From: Cyanidioschyzon merolae
Lineage: Eukaryota
Length of the DNA stretch: 64,000 nt
NCBI GenBank assembly: GCA_000091205.1
Contig: AP006497.2
Strand: one strand, 5' to 3'
Both the position numbers and the translations under genes were made by a program. The notes beneath the pieces were generated by a model. That model was not told the DNA's origin, ran no database searches, and saw only the letters and a program-made list of their open reading frames with translations. This document shows positions 22,483 through 30,548 of the stretch, piece after piece. The stretch's first letter is position 1, and every line of letters begins with the position of its first letter.

Positions 22483-24880
22483 TGGGATCAGTAACGTGTT
22501 GTTCAGCTGTAAAACATTGGATATCCGTTCAGGTCGTAGCAAAGTGTAGTTTTCTAATTCATTTGTGGTTCAAACCTCAAACAAGTCTAGTCAAGCGTTT
22601 TGTCGCTGTATGTAACAGAAGCCTTCAAAGAGCGTTGTTTTTCAAAGAAACAAAAAAGCTATGAAACAGCAAGCCGACGATCCTGGAGGCTCAGTGTCGC
22701 CGACTACCAGAAAAAAACGAAAACTGTGCCGGGTCCAGAAGACAAGGAATCGAAGAAGGACCTAAAGGGAGAGGCCCTACGTCGAAGGCGGCAAGAAAGA
22801 CGGCTGTACGACGAGAAGGTGGCGACAACCATTCTTCTTGGACATATCAAGGATCCGTACAGGGAAAAGTTGCGAGACGCAATCGAAAACCGTGTCGACT
22901 CGTACTCCAAGAGTCTTGTCAAGGCTTCGTCAGGACTGATGCATTTGGCGAGAGAGATGTATCGCGACGTGACGCAGATCGAAACGGTCGAGATTCCGGA
23001 CGAGTCCATCGATAAGACGTTTATTCAACACCTGATGCTTCGTAAAGAGAAAGCGCGGAAGGAAAATGTGCTAGTGCATACCCTCCACGAAAAACATCCC
23101 TTTTACAGATTCAATGGTACTCGATACAAGGGTGACTCGAATATTTACGACTATGGGGCGATGAAGTAGCTCACGAACCTGAAGAACCATTTGACTATGA
23201 ACCTCGAACGTTTCATGATACGCGCCGTGTTTGCACGCTACCCGGGCCTATCTCGCAATGGAATATGGGCGATTATCGATGCCATCACGAAAGATCGCTA
23301 GCATGAAGATGAGATCGAATTCGTTGACAAGAAGGCGTCAAACGAGAGCACGAATGAGGATTCTGTAATCCGTACGGCTATACAAGAGCACTGTGCAGTC
23401 TTGGGGCTGGCGAATCCAGCAGAAAAGATATCAGCGTTGGAAAAAGATAAGGAAAGATATTATCGCCTCATCCTGCGATATTTCGTGTTTCTGGACCGAG
23501 AGCTCGAACGGAAAGCGGAGATGAAGCTGAGTGAGGAAAGAAATGAAGAGCGGGAGAGACGGAAGGCGTTCCCAATGGGGAAGCGCTTCAACGTGGCTCC
23601 AATGTGCAACATAAGGTCAGATTTTGTGTCCATCCACTCCAGAATCCTTCACGGCATTATGAAGGAGATCAGTCTGGAGTTCAATGTTCGCAGGGAGGAG
23701 TTCTCCGGTGAAAACCAGGAGGCGTACCGGAAGAATATCTTCAATTTCAAACTTCTCAAAGTCAGCAAACAAAAGGTATTCACTGGGTTGATCGAAATCG
23801 ATGGAGTAGCCATCTGTGTACACTATCGGCATTGAGGAAAGATCGGCCAGTTCCGCCCTCGGCTGCGCCCGTGACGAAGGATGAAGCAAAGAAGGAGGCG
23901 GGTCCTGCGACGCAGGAGGTGGAGCATAACGACCTTGTCGTTGACGCGGACCCCGGAAACACGAATATCATCACCATCGCTGCTCCCAAGCGTGCGGAAG
24001 ATGGTGCTGACGGCAACTTTCGTCAGAAAGACATGTGTCTGTTGAGGTTCTCGAGAGCGAGGTACTGCCGAGAATCCGGTATAGTAAATGCGAGGAAGAA
24101 AATCGTTACATGGAATTCAGGAATGAAGGATCACCTGGAAGCTATGAGCGAGGTGACGAGCCGAGGAGCGGACCTTGATGCTTTTCGGAAATTCATGGAA
24201 GTTCGTGTTGCCCATTGGGATGCGCTGTGGGAGGAGTATACCAAGCCCCGGTGGGCTCGTTTGCGAATGAATCTCTACGGTGGGATGCAGCGTGCGTTCG
24301 CGAACTTTCTCAATCAGTTGAGTGACTTGAAGGAGGATAAAAGTCAGAGGCTCATAGTAGCGTACGGAGCAGGCCGATGGAAGACCCAAAAAGGACGACG
24401 CCAGCTCCAACGACGAGAACGTAGAGGGAGCGCGCACGGCGTTTTGAAACAATACCTGTAGATGAGTTTCGAACATCGTATACACACCATGAACTGGGGT
24501 GTACACTCCAGAGGGTGGAGATGGAAAAGTGCCAGCGGAGCCCTGAGGATACGAAAAAGTACGGAGCGCTGCCGGAAGGGCAAATGGAAAGGAGAGCGAA
24601 AGTTCGAGGATTGCTTGCATCAGTAAGTACAACCAGTGATGGCACGAAACGTATGGAGTTTGTGAACCGAGACTTTAACGCCGCCATCAATATAAGGAGA
24701 TGTGCGGTGCTGGAGACGAGACCTCCAGCGTTGACAAGAGTGAACTTTGTTGGACAACCTCTCAAAGTCGAACTATATGAGAAAAAGTTGGAAGCAGTAG
24801 TTGGCGGCCGCTCCAAAAAGACGGGAAGGCGTCTACACAGCAGTTGGAGACGATTTGTCTAGGGCGCGTTCGCCGCCACC
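22483..24880. repeat. Right arm of the large inverted repeat (contains nuclease copy 2 on the plus strand)
   Basis: Reverse-complement match to 15690-18310, read directly. Confidence 0.9.
22600..24862 (+). CDS. TnpB/Fanzor-like RuvC-fold nuclease, copy 2. The reading frame is split into 4 ORF segments (22600-23169, 23401-23835, 23832-24461, 24515-24862; ~657 aa total), so it is either an intron-containing gene or a pseudogene
   Basis: A RuvC-I-like motif [16 protein letters not shown] has its Asp at 23949-23951. A RuvC-III-like motif [15 protein letters not shown] has its Asp at 24671-24673; D-x-N-A-A-x-N-I is the TnpB/Cas12/Fanzor signature. The RuvC-II region reads [12 protein letters not shown] (no Glu), as reported for Fanzor1-type proteins. 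No CxxC...CxxC zinc ribbon is seen. Segments 1-2 are joined in frame through two TAG codons (23167, ~23296). Segments 2-3 differ by a frameshift. Segments 3-4 could be joined by a 56-nt GT..AG intron (24458-24513). A basic NLS-like stretch RRRRQERR lies near the N-terminus. There is no in-frame ATG at the N-terminal end. Confidence 0.65.
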
Positions 24881-25163
24881 GCTGAAAACTGCGGGAAGCA
24901 ACGTCTTTCTTTTGAAAGAGGTTTGTTGTTGCTGGTGGCGGTTGTGCATCTTTATATCCTGGATCGTGTCAGCGATCTCACACGGTACAAAAGTTGAAGG
25001 GGTGCAACACACGTACAGCTTCTCTGTCTGGGCACGTGCAACGCTCGAATCCTGGCGGCGCTCTCGAGACTGATAGAGAAAGCCCGCTTGTGAGGTATGC
25101 TCGGCGCTTGTTTGATTCGCGCTCTTACCCTGCGCAGGAAGCCGTGAACAAAATACTGCTGGC

Positions 25164-27260
25164 ATGGAGGCAGAAGGGGTTGCTGTTGCGACTGCCGCAG
25201 AGCAGGCAGCACTAGTATTCTTCTGCGGTCCGCTGAACGGCAGCATCTTTGTAGCGGAGTGCGCAGAAGTAATAGATGCCGCTATCGTTGAGAGCTCCGA
25301 GGCGTGGCGCTGGACGGTGCGACCAGTGTGGCTGCGCTCTCCCACGAGCGACAACGCATTGAGCCCCGCACTGGCGAGAGCAACCACTGACGGACGCGAA
25401 AGAAAGCGACAGCGGACGAAACCTGCTGACGTATCCGCCAATGTGTCCGAACGAGAGCACCTCCGAGCAGCCAAGGTTGCCGCTGCCCGCTCTCTGCGTG
25501 GCAATGGGGTACGCTGTATCGCGGCTCAGCGCTGCGGGCGGGCGACAAGTCGGGGCGATGGCGAGACCTGCTGGATGCTTGCCGCTGCCGGAGATGATAA
25601 GATACTGCGCGTTTTTCGAGGGAAACACATACAACCCGCGCAAGCGACAGATGCAGCGATGCTCTGGGAGACTGTCGTCGAAAAGTAAGCTGGTTCGGTA
25701 CGAGTACCTCGCTAGCATGCCGAGATCTAAGGATGAAGCGTATAACTGCATTGGACTAGAGTTTCTGAGTCTAATTCTGTGCTGAAAGCGTTGCTTTCCC
25801 TTGGCTGTCTGAAGCTTTCCGGAACGCTGGCCGGGTGCCTCGCACGCTTGACGATACGAGCGTCGCGGATGGAGCCTTTGCTGGACAGATAAACTAACCG
25901 CGGTAATTTTGAGCACAGAGCGAACCCGAAACGGATGACAGCTGTACAGCTGGGTTTCGACGGCCGTGTGGCGCTCACAGCCGACAAATTCGGTGACGTC
26001 TACGCGCTCCAGATCGGGGAGGAAGCGTTGCTGCCAGAGCCGGCTTGGCAGTATTTGTTGCGTCAGCCGGTATATGTTGCGGGGGACGCTTCTGTAGAGC
26101 CAGTCATGGGGCATTTGTCAATCATTACATCGTTGGCAATCGATCCTGGAGGCCGTCTCATAGCTAGTGCTGACATCGAGGGCCAAATTCGCATTTCGGC
26201 ATTTCCGGAGGTGTACAGAGTAGAGCAAATCTACTCTAGTTGCGGCGGTGATCCATCATGGTGCACATCCAGCGACTTTATCACGAGACTCTCCTGGAAG
26301 CATGGTAGTCAAACGCCAACGCTCATAGGCGCTGGGACCGACGTCTGGTTCGTGGCAAAACAAGTGAAGCCGGTGCCCGCGGCACGCGACACTTGCGATG
26401 GTGAATCCTGTTGGCGTATCTGGGGTGGGCGTCTCGGCTCCTTGCGCGGAACTGGAGCGGCCTATGAGGGATCAACTTCAGACGAGAACGCATCAATGGT
26501 GGCCCGAGCGCCTTCTGAGGGTGCAGCTGGCCGCGCACTGGGTCGAGCATCGGGGCTGGAATCTTGCTCGACGCACGGTTTCACGTGGATTTGTCTGGAT
26601 ATCGATGCTCGCCTGACGCTAGCGCTCTGGGGCAACGCTCAGCATCAGACGTGCTTCAGTATTATTTCGTTGATGAACGCGGAATCCGAGAGCGCACTGC
26701 ATCGTTTGAATGAAAGACTGGGCGATGCTCGAGCTCGCTATCGAACGCGTATACCAACCGGATGCTGCTCACTGCCGCTCAGCACGTGCTTGCCCAAGGG
26801 CCGTGAACACCAGCTCCGGTCGTTATCGACGCCCGTAGAACTGTGCTCGATGATCTTCGTTCCGACAGCGCCTGGTCCACTTGATGCCGCGGTCTGCTCG
26901 ATGCATGAGACAGGCGCCCGGTGGACACCTGAGGTGACCCGAACCTCCACAGACGTCTCTGAACCCGAAGCTGTTCGTTTCTTCTTTGTTCTTCCCTTTG
27001 TGGAAAGCGATGACCCAGCAGCGGAGGATGCGCTGTTGCCTCTGGCGGCGACGATGCAGTGGACGCTCAACCAGTCCGTCGCAACTTGCATCCGAGAGTC
27101 CAGCGGGGCGTTCAGTACATCTGAGCGAGCAAACACACCTTACAATGCCTTACATCACTCGGGCTGGAGCTGGATATTCGATCAGGCATGCAACGCCGTG
27201 ACCGGAGGCGACGGAAGCCCAGCGCCCGTGCCGACCCCCACTACGGAAACCTCGAGGTAG
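25164..27260 (+). CDS. tRNA (guanine-N7)-methyltransferase non-catalytic WD-repeat subunit (TRM82/WDR4-like), probably 2 exons (25164-25688 and ~25935-27260) with a long low-complexity C-terminal extension
   Basis: Downstream ORF: LTADKFGDVYALQI...VMGHLSIITSLAIDPGGRLIASADIEGQIRISAFPEVYRVEQIYSSCGGDPSWCTSSDFITRLSW, which includes the WDR4/Trm82 KFGDVY motif. Upstream ORF 25164..25688 carries a WD-like CWMLAAAGDDKILRVFRGKH. The intron position was not resolved. Confidence 0.55.
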
Positions 27261-27735
27261 AGCAGGGACAATTGCCAAGGAAACCTCGAGGTACAGATTG
27301 TGCGTGAGAAAGCCTCACACGAGCGCTTCACGCGCGCAAACTGGTTTTTGGATGACGATTACCGCACGGAGAGTCGCGTCCGAGCCCAACGCGATGCATA
27401 CATCGCGATAAAGCGCACAGACTTTCACAGCATACGTCGGATACTCGCCTATCGCAGCACAGTTCGCGTCGATGACGAGACCGTTACATGGTGCAGTTTT
27501 TAGCGTGCAAATGCTCAGGATATGATATCCCGACGACTCCAAGCTCCGCAAAGCCAATATCGACGCAAATTCTACGCTGCAGCCGGACGCTTTGGTGCTG
27601 CGGCTCTGGGTTACAGGGCTCTAGCGCCTGGTGACGGCATGCGGCTGCACCTGGAGATGTCGGTGACGCCCGGATCCACATATATCCACTATTGCCTGAA
27701 CCAGTTCTCAAATCGACGGCGTATCCGCAGCGATT

Positions 27736-28461
27736 TCAGATATCCACGATAACGAAAACCTCGTAAACGCGCTCGGGGTCGTTGTCGGCAGCTGTCTCTG
27801 CCGGTGTTCGTTTACGAATCGTCATTGCGCTGTACGTGATCGCTTTTACCTCAGTGCCAGTGCCGTGTTTTTGTGGGTCAAAAGCCTCACCGAATGCAGT
27901 GACTTGCATCTGATAGGATTCTCGAGCTTCAGCGGTTAACTGGCCTTCCGAATCATTTAAATCGCTTTCTCGAAATAACTCTTTGTCGGAGACTGGTATT
28001 TGCCACGCCGTCACCAGCACTCGTGCAGCCACGAAGCCGTCCACGTGAAATCGATATAGACCCTCGGACAGAAAGTCGTACAGAAGACTCTTGAGATCGT
28101 GACCCCGAGCGCTCCACGTTTGCGGACTCGCATCCAAGCGCGCACGCACTTGTTCCACGTTGAGCATGACCCCGTAGAGTCCCAGCAGGCACTGGGCGAA
28201 CGCCCCAGGCAATGAGCTCGACCACGCATGGATCATGACGTCGGCAGTGTGGTCAAGATACGTAAACTGGCCACGCGAGTCTAGAATGCTCGCCTCGGCG
28301 ATCGCAACCGGGAACGCGTCGAGTGCCTCAGGCTGCTCCTCCGTTCGCTCCGGGACGTGGTGAGCACCAGAGTCCCGACACAAACGCTGACTTGAACCAG
28401 AGGCGTGGGCGCCTTCCTCGCCCTGCCCCATAGGATCATGCGTTTGGTCAAGTACCGCTTG
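27736..28461 (-). CDS. Archease (cofactor of the tRNA-splicing ligase RtcB)
   Basis: ORF 27736..28797(-). From the internal Met MGQGEEG... it reads FTYLDHTADVMIHAWSSSLPGAFAQCLLGLYGVM...HDLKSLLYDFLSEGLYRFHVDGFVAARVLV...GTEVKAITYSAMTIRK...YEVFVIVDI, which are archease hallmarks. The 5' part of the listed ORF overlaps the neighbouring gene and is probably not coding. Confidence 0.8.
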   Translation of the reverse strand, partial: QAVLDQTHDPMGQGEEGAHASGSSQRLCRDSGAHHVPERTEEQPEALDAFPVAIAEASILDSRGQFTYLDHTADVMIHAWSSSLPGAFAQCLLGLYGVMLNVEQVRARLDASPQTWSARGHDLKSLLYDFLSEGLYRFHVDGFVAARVLVTAWQIPVSDKELFRESDLNDSEGQLTAEARESYQMQVTAFGEAFDPQKHGTGTEVKAITYSAMTIRKRTPAETAADNDPERVYEVFVIVDI

Positions 28462-28856
28462 CCCTGGCTGGTGCAGACTCTCCAGTGAAGAGGCAGCCGT
28501 CGTCGCTGGCTCAGACGTGCGAACCGTAGCCCGCCGCTGGCAACGGGGCCCCGCGGGACGCCTCGGAAGTGAACGGAACCCCCATTCGATCATATGCGGG
28601 TCAAGAGACATACTGTGGCACTGTTTGCTTTCAGGCAAGCGTCCAGTGCTGGCGTCGAGTCGCACGTTCAATACCCGAACTGAGTTTTGTCCACAAGCGA
28701 CTTGTATCGCTGAGAAGCTATCTCCCAGCCGCGTACGGCGTTGCGCATGTGCTGGCGTCCTGCCGACGCACCGATGACTCCCAGGTCGTTGCCGCATTCA
28801 CTTGTGAACTTGGGTGCCTGTGGGGCCACCTAAACAGCATAAATCCAGAAAGCATG

Positions 28857-29654
28857 GCGTTTGGAGTGGTTCCGCAGACACCAAGGCAACAGCCGTCTTT
28901 TTTTCGTTCGCGAACGACGTGCTGTTTCGTGCAACGAACTGCGCAGAGCTCTCCCGCAGTCCTGCGAGCGGCTAGTGCGCTCTCCTGGAACGAAGGCGGA
29001 GCCCAGAGGCCGCTTTGGTTCGTTCCCCCGGCCACAGGAGGACAATCTAAACATTGTGCGAGTGGTAGTCTGTTGATCGCTGCCTCTGACGGGAAACCGG
29101 CGCACACGAACTTGAACCGTCAACGTTCGGGGCCTGCATATCGACCGTCGCGGGACACCAGGCGCGGTGGACACCACCGTGCAGGCGGACGCCCCCAAGC
29201 AAGGCGTTCCGAACAGCAGTGTTTCGTGCTCGTCGCCAACCCGTGCAGACGACCAACGCAGCGCCCGATTATTGAAGTTCGGGCAAGCAAGGCTGTCTTT
29301 GGGAAACGAGCAACGGTGCGGACCCGAGCGCGAAGACGCCTTCGCGCTGCTGCACGGCAAGTGCTGGTGATCTGGGGACGCAGCGACTTTTCCTACGTTA
29401 TTCACGGCTTACCGGAATGTCTCTTTGTGTCGTGGAAAGACCTGCTACAGGAAATGATGGAAGCTTTGCAACGGTCTGGTTGTGCGCATGAGAAAGCTCG
29501 TGCTCCGCCACGTCTACCGCAGCACCCACACGACGCCTCCTCTTCATCAAATGGGCAGGCGTCTGCCGCGGAATCCACCAAAGACGGTTCTCCAGCCGCG
29601 CAGTTGACTCAAACAGATGAAAAACCCACTACAGACGCGTTTCGACGACAGTAG
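28857..29654 (+). CDS. Protein containing a bacterial-type RNase P protein component (RnpA)-like domain
   Basis: ORF 28569..29654. The region PIIEVRASKAVFGKRATVRTRARRRLRAAARQVLVIWGRSDFSYVIHGLPECLFVSWKDLLQEMMEALQRSG parallels the RnpA pattern G.tVaKK.v.rAveRNR.KRrlREafR....DfVvvar....l..l..L. The start is placed at the internal Met MAFGVV... to avoid overlap with archease. Confidence 0.45.
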   Translation, partial: AFGVVPQTPRQQPSFFRSRTTCCFVQRTAQSSPAVLRAASALSWNEGGAQRPLWFVPPATGGQSKHCASGSLLIAASDGKPAHTNLNRQRSGPAYRPSRDTRRGGHHRAGGRPQARRSEQQCFVLVANPCRRPTQRPIIEVRASKAVFGKRATVRTRARRRLRAAARQVLVIWGRSDFSYVIHGLPECLFVSWKDLLQEMMEALQRSGCAHEKARAPPRLPQHPHDASSSSNGQASAAESTKDGSPAAQLTQTDEKPTTDAFRRQ

Positions 29655-30084
29655 CGCCAATGTCACTGCAGTGAAGCGGCGCTCGAACCATACCAGCATG
29701 ACGACTCAGACAAGAGCTGGAAGTACTGTATCGCATGAGCCGATGTTGGCGACCATTCTTCCATTCCATTGAGGAGTAGAATCGATGATGCGAGGAGGTC
29801 GCCATGCGCGCTAGTGGATGATAGCGAATAGAGCGAAACGGCATTCAGTGCTGTGGCCGACGACAGTGCCCCAGATGCATGCCCCTAGCCCAATGCCCCT
29901 ATTCTGATCACGATACCTGCAGCGATGCCTTGGTGTAGCGTTTTTCGGATGCAATACAGGCAGGCTGCATCGAATGGATGCGGAATATGGCGGGAAACGG
30001 GACACGTGTGCCTTGAATGAACCCCGCGATCATGAGGAACAAGCGGACTCGCCCGTGTGTGTATCAACCGCGTCTCCTTGCGGT

Positions 30085-30548
30085 GTTCACATTCCGCTGA
30101 TAAAGCGCTTTGCTGAGTACGAGACGTTCTCGTGATGAGAGCGCAGCCCCGGTGCTTGTCTCTCGCAGTGATCACGCCCATGGCAGAGCACTGGGAACCC
30201 CCGCATTGCACTCATAAAGCGCTTTGCTGAGTACGAGACGTTCTCGTGATGAGAGCGCAGCCCCGGTGCTTGTCTCTCGCAGTGATCACGCCCATGGCAG
30301 AGCACTGGGAACCCCCGCATTGCACTCATAAAGCGCTTTGCTGAGTACGAGACGTTCTCGTGATGAGAGCGCAGCCCCGGTGCTTGTCTCTCGCAGTGAT
30401 CACGCCCATGGCAGAGCACTGGGAACCCCCGCATTCCACTCATAACGCGCTTTGCTGAGTACGAGACGTTCTCGTGATGAGAGCGCAGCCCCGGTGCTTG
30501 TCTCTCGCAGTGATCACGCCCATGGCAGAGCACTAGGAACCGGAACGA
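30085..30548. repeat. Tandem repeat, 4 copies of a 114-115 bp unit
   Basis: The unit ...aaagcgctttgctgagtacgagacgttctcgtgatgagagcgcagccccggtgcttgtctctcgcagtgatcacgcccatggcagagcactgggaacccccgcattgcactcat recurs at 30102, 30216, 30330 and 30444. Read on the minus strand (ORF 30087..30770) it encodes 38-aa repeats. Confidence 0.95.

Larger units (their letters stand above)
15690..24880. mobile_element. Composite palindromic element: two inverted, near-identical TnpB/Fanzor-like nuclease gene copies (head-to-head) flanking a degenerate LINE fragment
   Basis: The left arm 15690-18310 is the reverse complement of the right arm 22483-24880. Their ORF translations are ~98% identical (e.g. 17626..18195(-) vs 22600..23169(+), 3 aa differences in 189). 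Arm boundaries were read directly from the sequence. The outer ends share gtggcggcgaacgcgccctagacaaatcgtctcc. The inner ends share cacgttactgat. Confidence 0.7.

Noticed and set aside
22661-22765. Short +1-frame [28 protein letters not shown]... with an NLS-like RKKRKL inside nuclease segment 1
   Set aside because: It is only 34 codons and overlaps the longer frame that is conserved with the downstream segments. Probably fortuitous.
24380-24560. Search for a CxxC...CxxC zinc-ribbon between RuvC-II and RuvC-III of the nuclease
   Set aside because: Only isolated Cys residues occur ([15 protein letters not shown] gives C-x9-C) in any frame. No zinc-ribbon could be supported.
24833-25504. ORF 24833..25504(-) of 223 aa and ORF 25212..26114(-) of 300 aa
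   Set aside because: They overlap the TRM82 exons in antisense and have low-complexity, Arg/Ala-rich composition with no recognisable domain.
30085-30548. Regular 114-bp direct repeats (considered CRISPR-like)
   Set aside because: This is a eukaryotic context. The units are contiguous with no unique spacers. It is a minisatellite, not a CRISPR array.
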